The position numbers and the translations under genes were made by a program. A stretch of DNA of 64,000 nt from Ramazzottius varieornatus (lineage: Eukaryota > Animalia > Tardigrada), in the NCBI GenBank assembly GCA_001949185.1, contig BDGG01000001.1, positions 5,135,624 through 5,199,623 of the forward strand, given 5' to 3'. Positions 12,757-25,000 of this stretch are shown here, piece by piece (the stretch's first letter is position 1; each line of letters starts with the position of its first letter). Under the pieces are notes generated by a model that was given only the letters and a program-made list of their open reading frames with translations, was not told the origin of the DNA and made no database searches.

Positions 12757-14022
12757 TGGACGGTCAACAACCAAGTTCAGGGAAGAAAGCTGGTGGTAAA
12801 CGGTCAGTTGCTGGTCGTCCAAAAGTGGGAAAGAAGAAGACGCCAGCTGAAACGCCGGCCAAGAAACATCGAAGATCGACCACGAAAAGGAAATGGAATG
12901 AGAAAGATATTGCCGATGTGATCACCCTGGTTGAGAAAAACAGAGTGTTTTACGACACTAGCCATGTGGATTATTACAAGGCGAAGGACAAGCGGTTGGA
13001 TATCTGGGAGGATATGGCCAAAGAGTTGAAGCTTGAAAAGACAGGTGAGCTACATATAATACGATTTTCTTATAATTACTGAATTATGGTTTCTGCTAGT
13101 CTTGATACGTTCTGCTGGACGTACCTAAGAAATATGAGGATGCTTTTCATATTCCTTGCTTAGTGTGCTGCCATTGTGTGAAATTGATACGTCTTTTCTG
13201 CAGGTGAAGATGTCAAGAAGCTGTGGACAAATCTACGTCGGAACTTCGGTAAGAAACTGAAGAAGCACTTCGGTAAGAAACTGAAGAAGCATGGTACAGC
13301 ACGACAAGCCACCATTGAAACCTGGCCTCACTGGGACAGTATGCAGTTTTTTCGCGACTACATAACTCCTACCGAGTTCTCTTTGTCGGATGGAACAACC
13401 GACGACGAGGGAGACAACAATGACGGAACTGGCGACGATACCAGCCTCGCTGCGAACGCAATTATCGATATCCCTAATCCACCCTCTGTTCAATCGTCCA
13501 CAGGTAGGCACAGCCCATTATCAGTGCATTGATGGATGAACCATGCAGGACATAACTCAGTGAATTTTGCAGCATCCACGTTGTCCAGCGCTAGCAAGCC
13601 GAAGAGAAACAGCAGTGGGTTGCTTGTTTCTCAGCAAGTGGAAGAATTAAATGAGGAAGAGAAAAAACTGGTCAGTCAAGCTGATGAGCTGACGAAAGCC
13701 TTGGGTGTGATTGGTGCGAAGTCTGACTCTCCAGAAGCACAATACGGTATGTGCACTACAGTATCTAATCGAAAGTTTGTTAGTTTAAAATCCGACATTT
13801 GTCTTGCTGTTAATTACCACGTGGTGTCTGGTGATATTCTAGTTACGTTATAGGCTACGTTACATAACGGCAACGTTGCTGAATCAAGATGCAGCTGGTC
13901 GTTCAACCCTCCGACAGAAGATTGTCCAAGCGGTGGCAGTCTTTCTGTACGAGAAAGCAACGGGATTCGGTTTCCCTTACCGTCCTAGCACGCCCATTTC
14001 CACGGAAGAGCACAACTTTGAC
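12757..14022 (+). CDS. Harbinger Myb/SANT-like (MADF) DNA-binding protein, spliced; 3' end approximate
   Basis: WNEKDIADVITLVEKNRVFYD...IWEDMAKEL|EDVKKLWTNLRRNF...WPHWDSMQFF. Intron ~13045-13203. In-frame 24-bp duplication at 13243-13290. Confidence 0.8.
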
Positions 14023-14104
14023 AGCACCATTTACGACTTTACGGTTTTATAGAAGTTTCTACATCACCAGCGTTTATGTAAACAGCTTTAAAGCAGCAAT
14101 ATTC

Positions 14105-15615
14105 TCATTTCTTTAATGTACCAAATACAATGTTTTCTTGCCACGGTAGGCTTCCATAAGAATTAGAGAATACAGAAAAATCTTCTCTGTTTCTGATAGC
14201 AGCACGTCCAGTCTTATTTCCGCTTAGTTTGAGAGGAATCATACTTGCAGGCATCGTCTTACGCCAGGAACCAGGTACAATGCTACCGTCAGGAGCCTCG
14301 CTGTCCACCAAGGTTGGGTGGATGTAGCTCTCGCCGCTCTTCGCATTTTCTTTTCTCAAAAAATTATGCAGCGCGCAGCATGCTAGGGTGAGGTAGATGA
14401 CCTGCATAAATTCCAGGTCGATTGGTCCCTTGAAGATTTCCCCATTTTGCCGCAAGGATGCCGAAAGCATTCTCCACCTCCCGACGAGCCCTTGACAATC
14501 TGCAAGTTATAATATATATAACACCTCTACGTACAAAATATCGAACCTGGAGTTGAAGATGCGTTCATGGCTGCCTAAACTCGACGAAGCTTATCCTGGG
14601 AATGGTCGCAGTAAATTTTCAGACATGGGGAATGCAGCATCGGCCACGAACACCTACGGTAGCTTCTTCGAACACTGTTCTGGCTTTCTAGAAGGAGGTA
14701 GAACCTACTCCCCGTCGTACAGAGCTCGGCTCAGAGTACAGTTCTGCCACGTTCCACCGTCGCTTTGCCGTCCAAACCCAACGTCCACATATTCAAATGT
14801 GTAGTTCGCTCCCGCCACAGCCATAAGAACGACTGAGTGTGTTCCCTTGTAGTTGATCCACTTACTCCCACTATTTCTTGGTTTCTACAAAAAGTTTACA
14901 ACCGTAAAAGGTGCACACGGAGAAAGGCACATAATCTCAAACACAGTTTTACCTTGATTTGGACATGTTTCCCGTCAATGGCGCCGATGAAATTAGGAAC
15001 GTTCCACATGACCTCGAATTTCTCAGCGTTCTTCTTCCATCTCTCCTTGCTTGGTTCACCTATGTAGACATCTTTCAGAGCATCGTATATGGCCTTCGTT
15101 GTTTCTTTGAAAATTTTGCTGATCGTTGTTTGAGATATAGCAAACGAATGGGCTGCTGCAGTCTGCGTGATACCCGTTCCAAGAATTCTGTAAGAACATC
15201 TGCTCGTTATAACTCTCCCATTCCATATACCAGATTAAAGAATACAAATATTACTTGCTTTTACCTTAAAGTCAGAACGAGTCGTTCTTCAGCTGATGGG
15301 CTGTATATGCGTTGACTGATAAGTTATCAACGGTGTGACTAGCTTTAGCAGCATCTTGAACAATGGCTCGGACATCTGAAAATATTCCATGTAGTATTCC
15401 ATGTTCTCTGCGAAGGTTTTCACTCTTCTCACGTACTCTCCAGATTCTCCCCTATTCACGTTAACGGGACGGACATACCATCTTCTTGCCTTCCGTTGAC
15501 GAGAAAGAAGGGATAAGCATTGTTGTCGCTTGAGCGCCACTTTGCGTTGTTATAATCTGAGCAAACGTAACCGACAATTCAACAGTAAAGCAGTAACAGC
15601 AGATCTAGAATCCAT
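14105..15615 (-). pseudogene. Harbinger DDE transposase (HARBI1-like), disrupted
   Basis: RRWYVRP, YFQMS..F..LL, GAIDGKH, NYKGTHSVVLMA, SDGG, FVADAAFP, RARREVENAFG and ACCALHNF. Frameshifts and stops lie between the blocks. Confidence 0.9.
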
Positions 15616-16475
15616 TTCAAAAGAACGATAACTTTTCAAGGATAAGCGATGAAATAACTTCAGGGAAACAGGAGATCAAAAATTAAAGCGGGATTTGTTG
15701 ACAGCGGAACAGCAAAACTATGCTGGCACAAGTGTCATAGTATACTCGGAACAACGGAATTCGAGTAGCGAAGACAGGTACTTGTGCTTGTTCCTGCTTA
15801 GGTTGCTACCTTCAAATTCCGATCTTTCGCTCAACAGAAAATTAGCTCAACCGCGACTAGGTCGCGACGGAAACCTAGCTTCCTGACCCGAGTATAGTAC
15901 TGACTTTACAGCACTTATACTAGAATGCGTTTCGCTGTGGTCACCAAGATATTTTCTGCGTCTGCGAGAAGGACAAATTAATGCGTTCGAAAGCAGACCA
16001 ATGTGTCGCACTCCCTGGCGTGGTTTAGATTACTAAAGCCTTAATGCCATAATGCCTGAGGGCTAGAAGGTAAGTATAAGAAGAGCAGTATGTTCTAATA
16101 GCGGCTCGTGACTTCGCCGTTTATAAGGATTATACTGGAAGGGCAAGGCACATTATTGCTAATTTTGCACCTTTCCAGTGTCAGTTTCTATTCCTGGTGT
16201 GGCCACTGGGCTTTGTTCCACGGAAGCCATCTGTACCTTAGCATGGACATCTCTCATTTACGTCCTTTGGAAGAAACTTTGCGTTAAGTCAAGGACGAGC
16301 TACTCCGAAGACGAGCTACTCCGAAGAACAGCTCGTTCGTCCCTGAAACAACTTCGTTCTCTGAGCCGGAGCACAGACGTGCATATCTTGGGTTGTCAGG
16401 GAAAGTAGGAGGGTTGAATTTCGAACGCTAAAACATCAGGAAAAGGCCAGTTGTATTTTTCTCACGTGAATCAAT

Positions 16476-18829
16476 ATGAGTGAGGTTGTGCCTCCACCAA
16501 GACCAGCACCCGTCGTACCCATTCCAGACTACGACAATTTCCAGTATGCTACTCAGGATGCACCGGAGTACACTGAACACATCAAGAGCATCTTAGCCAA
16601 AGCGAACGAAAAAGTGAACGCTCGGACTGGTTTCCCAGAAAAGAACGCTTTTGGCCACCGTCATGCCGCCCCATCCGTCATCGGCGCAGCTTCTGAAGAA
16701 GCTCTTGCTTACTTCAGCCATATCAGTATGCTCTAACCGCACTCAAACTTTGTGCGAGGGGCTGATGCGTATAATGAATGTTATGGTGGCAAATTCAGGT
16801 TCGGAATGTCTCATGCAGTTGATCCAGGACCAAACTTTGGAAGTCTTCGAAGGAGACAAAGTAGTCGGATCGTACAAGGTTAAAATCCTGAGGGTACCAG
16901 CCGATGCCGGCAAGGAATTCTTCCGTGTAACGACGCATTTAACAAGTCAGGTTGGAGGCGAGAAGGTCGAGGAAACGCACGATGGCGTTGTCTCGGAAAA
17001 TATGGCTACCGTCTACGAAAGCTACTGGCGCTTAGAATCGGCATGTCTGACCATGATACAATATTTCCTCGCGTAACCTGGGTTGCACTTTTGTTAAAAA
17101 CTTGCATTGGATCATAAATCTTACAATCTCTCTGCTTTTTTTACGGAATGCCGAAGCAACATCCGAACGAAAGTATCAGTTTGAGCATCAAGCCAACGGG
17201 AAGTGTTCGGTTGCCGTCTTGAACTCGTACAGCGGAGAAGTCAGCAGTTGGCTCAACGTGTATCCGGAGGACCAGGTTAGAGGCTTCGTCAGCGAGATCG
17301 CCCATATTCTGTTAGCACGGCTGCTCGCGATGGAAGAGAACATACCGGACAACTTTACGGTGCTATCCTTGAACAACTTTGGTCACTTCCGCGACGTCAC
17401 CTATGTCAGTGAGTACTGCACTGATTGTCATCGCCGTTCTTGTGCCAACTTTACTGAATGAAAAGCTAATAATTATGTTTGGTCTTCTCCGCTACAGGAA
17501 AACGTTCTACCTCGTAAAACATTCGCTTTTCGCCCCTACAAAATCAGCTGCTTTGGCTTGTCGCGTAAGGTCCCACGTGGGACGGAGCAAGCGTACATCA
17601 CGGTGCAGGAGCACTTCCTCAATCGTCGGTAGGTACGCATCTCCCTTATTTTGGTGATGTCTAGTAGTATACTGTGTACCAGAGGCACCAATCCGGCAGA
17701 TTGATCAGCGCCAACGAGAAAGACTCCAACATCGTAGTTCTAGCCACGGAGATTCCGCCTTGGGAGTCAACAAGTAAGCATTATGATAGTTTGTCTTGCT
17801 TTCGCAGTACGACAGAATGTTATTTCTTCCATAGACTTTACGAAGCCAACTGAACTGCAGGGAAGCACTTCGAACCCCGAAGACGACAGATGGTTGCTGA
17901 ACTTCCACAAAGCTGAGGCGAAGGTGTGCTTTGATACCCCACAACTCGTACGAAATAAGTTACTCTGATTGGTACGTAAGAGCGCGCAGAGAGGCGAGAA
18001 AGAGATTTGGCTAGCAGCTTTTCCTCTTTGTAATACGCAGTAAGAGACGGATCGTTTTACCGGAAGCAATTGGTTCCCAGCGAGGAAGTCCGCGCCCCGC
18101 ACGCGCTGAGCTGCTACTGGCTCCCGCCAGCTCTTCCTAATCAGAGACGCCAGCCTAAGCGGTGGCGCGAAAACATGCGAAATCTGAGCTTCGACTAGGC
18201 CTGAACCCTAGCCGCCGATACGGCAAAATCCCCTGCCTTGAAGCAATCATACAATAGTCGGAATAGGAAGGTAGCAAAACGCCTGATGGATGAACCACAG
18301 AGCCAAAAGAGCCACTCACCAACAATCCCGAAAAAAATTTACCTAAAGATGTGTTGAAGAAAAACTTCACTAGGGGCGGTCTCATCTTGGTAAGCCCACC
18401 TCCTTTTTCTAAGCTTCTTTTCGCCTCTCACAAATATTTCGCTCTGCCCTCTTTTTAAGTTTTTCTGAAATCGCTAGACTCAACTTCGTACGAGCAATCT
18501 GGCTGAGAACGTGCTGCACTAGTAAACAACCCACGTGATGTGCTGTAATGCAGGTGTCATGCGATATGAAGTCTGCAAACACGATGGCCAAGTACCCTCA
18601 GCTACTGCAGCCCCTGCAGGAAATGGTACAACTGGTTCTTGCCGTCCGACCTGACAACGTGTTCCAGTTTGTCAACGACTCTTTCCGAAGCTACAAAATG
18701 CTATTCAGCAAGGCTAGCCAGGAGAACAAACGCCGAGTTCTGTCCCATATCGCAAGGAATGACTACGAGGAACCTGAACCACAAGACCGCGCTTTCCAGT
18801 TACTTCGGACTTACCGTCTCGACAAATAA
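16476..18829 (+). CDS. CATIP: Ciliogenesis-associated TTC17-interacting protein-like (multi-exon)
   Basis: ASEEALAYFSHI near the N-terminus, GFVSEIAHILLARLLA centrally, and a C-terminal Dpy-30/RIIa-like YPQLLQPLQEMVQLVLAVRPDNVFQF. Order and motifs match my recollection of CATIP/C2orf62. Confidence 0.7.
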
Positions 18830-19084
18830 CTCTCCACATGTGGATCGCATCACGTAGAAACTCAACTGTTTCAGCTACCGATAACAAACTACGTGGAAAA
18901 TGGTCAGAAAAGCTTCTTACAGTTGCGTAAGTTCATTTTACTTTGGAGACTAAGGTTAACAAGAATACAGTATACCGAGCTCGAAAGTAACGAACTCCGT
19001 CCAATGCAAAATATTTTTTCGACGGAGGAGGTAACCCAAGAAGGCGTTAGTGCGATTGTTGGAACTTTAGCTCGAGAAGACATT

Positions 19085-22000
19085 TTAGGCTAACATAGTC
19101 CAGCGCTTTGGATCATCCACCGCAAATTTATCATCAGGCTCAAACGATCCAGCTGCTGTATCCGCAAAACCATCGATAGAGTTTTGTTCCTTCTGGTGAG
19201 CCGCTTTTAGCCAGGTGTCCAGTACACAGAAGGTTTCTCTGGCTACCGATCGTGATCTCCCAGACTGGCCAATGCACTCGACGATAAAGCGACAAATTCT
19301 TAACATGGTCTGATTAACTTCCTGGTCCACTGCTTTTGTGAGCAACTCTCGCACAACACTTCGCTGGTTTCGCCGTTCGATCTCCACTTGCAGCTGGCTC
19401 TTTCCCTCCTTCTTGTCCGCCACCGACTCCGTCTTTCCTTGCGAAATTACAGGTTGGCCGGTAGTCACAGTCACTGCTTTCTTTTGTCGTTGTTCCATTT
19501 TTAAACGTTGTCGGTTGAGGATATCCTGCCTAACTGTCATAAACAGCGCTTCCATATCCTTCTCCTCGAAAACATCCAGCCAGTCTTGCGACTCGCCCGG
19601 CTCGAAGGTCTCCTCGGCCACTTTCCTGTCTGAAGTCTGCTCCGGCTCTTGTCCGATACAATGTGCGCTTTCTTGGCCATCCATGTCTCGCACCTCAGCC
19701 AGGAGTCGATCCTTCAGACTCATTTCTCCTTCCGCTTTTAGATCCTTTTCTGAGCCATTTTGGTCTGATCTGGAAGTTCCATCAGTCAAGCCAGTGTCGT
19801 CGTTCTGAGTAACGAGGACGTTATCCAAATTCACTGCTTCGGTAATAAATTCTGGGTTCTGCGCGAAGCTCGAATCAAGACCTTTCCCCGGGGCAACGGA
19901 ATCGATTTCGGTTTGCACGAGCTCATCCAGCTGATCTTCATCGTTACGTTCGGTTCGGACAGGTCGCGAAAGTTTTCTGGTGAAGACTTCAATGAATTCA
20001 TCGAGATGGAACCGAACAGCTTGCAGTATCTTCCACCAAAAGTCCTCATCGTCGTCGATTATGTCCAGGAAGGAACACTGCTCTTCTTCCGGGGTTCCGC
20101 TGGTGATGAAGCGGTCCAACTTGACTTTGGCTTCTAAGTCACACTCTTCAATGAATTTCTTCACCTCACTCAACGCATGATCGTTCACACGAAAGACAGG
20201 TGGTGCGAAATGCCCAAGAGAAAGATCGCTGTGTAGACCGGCATGACAGACTGCGACGTACAGCTTCCACAAGAAACGAAGGCTGTGCCGAAAGTACTCA
20301 ATTTCTGCCTCTATGAGACCCAGGCAAGCATTGCGGAAGGAAAGGATCACTTCGGTATAGCCGCTATTGCCCATCAGTTTCCTCAAGCAGGTCTGACGAC
20401 CCGAGTGGCGGAAATCGACTATGGTACATGCTGTTTCGTAGAAGCCGTCAAGTTTTCTTATCCAGTCTTTCGTGGGATGGATGTCTGGATTTCGTTGATG
20501 CTGATAATTAAACCGCGACCCGAAGTCTTTCATCAAAATATCCAGCGTTGTACTAGTTTGATCTATGCAACTTCGGAATATTTCTTTCACATTCTTCGTA
20601 TTTCCTGAAAAAACAGACCAAGGTTGAATTTTTGAATAGACCACACAGTTTGTCATGTAAATGTTCTTCCTTTCCGGAAACTTTTTTCTAGGAACAACCA
20701 TTTCTATGACCATTTTCTAGGAGCTTCTTAGGAAATGAGTTTGGTGACTCGTACCCGCTAGCCTTCCTTCCGCGTGTCGAAGTGCTGGCATCAAATGTAC
20801 CAGCCTGTCAGCGTGCTGCAATTCCACTTCCTTCCATAGGGTCACCATCTGTGGATACTTCTCCGCTCCGATGAATGGAAATTCAAAGATTGAAACCCGT
20901 TCGGATTCAGTTGAAAGTTCCTGAATGTCAACGAAGAGCTTGTTACTGCGATGCCACGAAGAAATGTGATTTTCCAGTAGCTTCAACGTGCTGTCCATCC
21001 AGCACTGGAGAAACGTCTGAGCTGCAGTGCCCTCGATATCAGATGAGTCTCTGATTTCTAACTCCTTCAACGCCAGTAGTCCATCTCGTAGCTCTTTCAC
21101 ATCCCGGAAAGCGTTGCTGACCGGTCTACCCGATGAACGAGTATAGTTGTCGGAGCGGCGCAGTTCGTTGATTAATCGTCGTAGCTTCCTTGCTCGGTTC
21201 TTTCCAAACGCCTCGTTGACCAAAGCTTTGTCGTTGTTCAGTCGCTTACGGAGCGGGAAAGAAGATTTTCTGTATATGGCCAGAACTGAAAAAAACGAAG
21301 ACAGCCATCGTGACATAGAAAACTACCAGTTCAGAGTGGATTTCGCAAAATTAATCTGCTACCACACTGACACGTGTACTTTTCTAAATCCGATGTTGAT
21401 ATTGTTGCGACGTGCTCACCAATTCTTTTTGGAATTGTATCAGGGCTTTTGGCCACAATATCTCGCAGTCTTCCTTCGCATTTGCAATACACATCCCGAA
21501 TCAGAATGATATCTTGCTTGAATAAATAGTGTATGGCGGATTTCGCTATCCTCTTTCCGAGCAGACGTCGAGCCAGCTGATGTCGGATGGATGTTCGGTA
21601 GTTCCAGATGTGCTCACACACCTTCCCTAGAATGGTGTATATCTGCGCTTGTGCCTCAGCTGATACCCCGAAAGAACAGATGGTTCTGTTCAGTCGCAGC
21701 ACTTCTTCCACGACGCTCCTAAGTTCACCGAAAGTCTTTTCAGGCTCGTCCCAGTCATCATACTCTCCCACATGTTCAATGAGGAAGCTCGAGTAAAACC
21801 GCTGCACTTTTTCCCAAGCCAGTTCGTTCACTTCCTCGAACGTCTTCAGGTACTTGGTCAACTTGTTGCGAACAGCTTCGGGTGGTGGAGGCCATTCTTC
21901 CACCTCCTCGTGGTTGGGCGTACCGCCTACCAAAATCCAACATAGTCACGGTAACTATGAATCAAGCCTTTTCTAAAAACCTACCTTTTCCTTTGACCGT

Positions 22001-25000
22001 TTTGGCAGGTGGCTTTTGGGGTACATTCTCCACCGCTGCAGGTTCGTCCGCATCTATCAAAATCTCCTTGGATTGCACCTTTTGAAGCGCACCACCGGTC
22101 GAGTATGGCGAGATGAGGCTCGGGCCGGTGAGAAGTTCGCTCTCTTTCGGATACTCGATCCGCAGGATGGCGCCAAAAAAACTGCGGGGTGTCGGTCTGG
22201 GTTTCGGCCCGTTCTCGTCAGCCACCCAACGTGCTTCTCGCCATGTCTCTCTGGGTGGGAAAGTGTCTGCTGAGTAAACTCCCAGACGGCCTTCCAGTAC
22301 CTGCAGGAAGTCGACAGACGACGGGAAGTCGGTAATGATCCAGCCAAAAGGCGGAGGTGGCGGTGGCTCTTCCGGCTTCTCTGGGTCTAAAACGACAATC
22401 GATATCACTGGAATTCGGCACTACAACAGCAGTACACGCGCGACGAGGTATTACGGGCCAGTAAAAATTACGGGCCACGCCAGGCCCTTTCGCTACGGCG
22501 GCACGGGCAGGTGATTCTTACTACAAGTAAGAACCAACATCGAGGCTGCTCTGCTGTACGTACGTGCTGGATATTGGGCCGACGAGTTAACTTAAAGCTT
22601 GTCATATTTATTATAGCGTTTAGATCTCCATTTTACCGGAACACTCAGATCTTCAACAGTTCAAGCTATTTCAGAGCTTCTCCGGGAGAAAGTCGAATAT
22701 CAATCGACAGCAGCGTTGAAGCGTAAGAGTAAAACAGATTATCAGTTGATGGCCACTGTCCATGACAATTTTCTACGGTTGAATTTTACTGCGTTACGTC
22801 AATTGTCCGAGCTCTGTTTCTGACTTCCATACAAATTGTAAATTTGCCGTCTTTTCCGCCTGGCCCGTAATTCTTGCTGGCCCGTAATATCTCGCCGTTC
22901 GTGTACTCCCTTATGGTAACCGTGGAAAATTTTCAGTGAGATATTCGCTTCGTCCAGTTGTCGTTATTCGTTTGAAATCCACATTGGAACAGCTTGCTCT
23001 GGCGATCGCTTGTACGTATATGGGTGTTTAAAAAAACCATTTGTGGTTACCTCAGCTGGGCATGTCGTAAAGCTGACAAGACGCTAGACATGGTCAACGA
23101 AAACTTCTCGTTTGGACATCTGTACTGGACAAACTGAACTGAAATTGCGTGTGATGACGAACGAAGCACGAAAACATTTTTCTTGTACTTTGTGAAATGA
23201 AGCAAAAATTACACAGTAAAAGTCGAAGATTGCGAAAGTCGTACCCATGAATCGAAAATTTTATGAAATTGAATTCTCGTGGCGATCCAGTGGAACGCTG
23301 ATGATACAACTTCGATCGTCTGCTTGCTGGTCTCCCAAAGCTTGGGATGCCAGCAAGCGGAACGTAAAGACCGTCATCTTGAGTGGCGTATGTGTTCATT
23401 GTTTCTGGTCGGGGGCGTGCGCCACTCGGCAGGGTGGCTGCGTGCGCCTTGTTTACCGGCCTCCCAAAACTGGTAAGGCATACAAACTACTGTATTTCTA
23501 AAATTATTCAAACTCGGTGCTGCACTGAGGTTCGCAGACGATCCGATTTGTACCATCAGCATTCCACTGAATTCACGAGTACTTTAATTTCATGAAATTT
23601 TCGATTTATGGATAGCACTTTAGCAATTCTTGAGTTTTGCTGTGTCAATTTTGCTTCATTTCGTGGAGTACAAGAAAAGATGTTTTCGTGGAATTTCAAA
23701 CCAGTTTGTCCAGTCCAGTTGTCCAGTGGAGTTGTCCAGTAGAGCTGTCCAAACGAGAATTGTCCGTTCTCCATGTCCGGCGTCTTGTCCAGCTTTCACG
23801 ACATACCCCTTAGTTGAAGCAAATGACATCTGTTTGCATTGGCTGAATGAGAATATTTGAACTACGAAAGGCTTATAGAGGCTTTTACCCTGAATTATTT
23901 GTGAACTTTGTTGTTCTGCAAAAATACATAAAGACAGAGCAACTTTTTCTTTCGTTAATTTGTTTTGTTTAACATCGAGCAGCAGTGCTCGGGTGCGGGA
24001 ACTCCGTACGAGGTAGCCAGCATGAATATATCCGGGCCTGATCTCGACCCATACAGTACTTCTTCAAGCTATTGATAGCTTTTCTCGGCTCCTAAATTAA
24101 GAAAAACTTTTCTCCATTCTTTTGCAATAAATCAGAAGCTCAGAAATAGCAGAACTGGAACGATATTTGCCTTGGGAGGAAGGTGGGTCGGACGTAATGT
24201 TAAATAGCCCGTTTGACGTACTATGGTCAATAAATATGTTTCCAAAATGATCAAGTGAATATGTTTACAAAAATCTCCAGCAAAAGTTCGAACTGCTTAC
24301 TGGGTTCTGGTATTGGTTCAGAGGCCTTCATGTCGTGCTTGCCGTGGTGTTTAGCGTCAGTCTTCGGAGCATGTCCACCTTTTGCTGCCACGTTTGTTCC
24401 ACCGGCATTAGCGAGCTCATCTGCCGCTTTAACTTTCGTCGGAAGACGTATTACTCTTTGCTCAATAGCGTGCTCGAGCAAGTCAATCAACAAATTCGGG
24501 TCGACTGCTGCTTCGTCCATCAACTTTCGTAAAATCCTTCGCGTCTGGGCGTAGTTATTTCGTATCGAGTTATGATCAGTGGCTAACAAGGAAGTCATAG
24601 AGGTGGGAAATGACTTGGACTTTTCGCGTTTCAACGTGGAAGTCACACTGGACTTTTTGGTTTCACCGGTTCCTGCCTTCGACTTACGACGACTACCTGC
24701 AAACAATTCACCAGAAGAAAAGTTTTCCAGCTGCCGATCGATCGGCAAGTTTGTTTTCGCTCGGAATGAGCCTTTTATGACATCAAGCACTTTGAAATAT
24801 ATGACTGTGACGCAGGTTCAATGTGCTTCACTTTGTCGCGGTAACGAAGCAAAAACGGATGGCGGAAAAAATTTGAACCCACAACTCGAAAAATGCTGGG
24901 CTGTTGAGGGGCAGTCTTTCTATCAACAAGCGACTCAGCAGGAGACAAGCACCTGCGTGCACTTCCGAACCAGGATGCCTCATTATTTATCATGTTCGAT

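Larger units (their letters stand above)
12348..15905. mobile_element. Full-length PIF/Harbinger transposon
   Basis: TIR core CAGTACT(G/A)TACTCGGGTC at both ends, TTA target duplication at 12345-12347 and 15906-15908, and convergent MADF and DDE genes inside. Confidence 0.9.

Noticed and set aside
16294-16325. 16-bp tandem duplication upstream of CATIP
   Set aside because: It has two copies only and looks like ordinary slippage.
17976-18458. Possible MITE in the long CATIP intron
   Set aside because: There is only partial inverted similarity (GAGAGGCGA..A), and ends and TSD cannot be defined.
20606-20754. In-frame stop between ORFs 20717-21316 and 19085-20713 as readthrough or as separate genes
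   Set aside because: A GTACGA...TTTTCAG intron removes the stop and keeps the frame.
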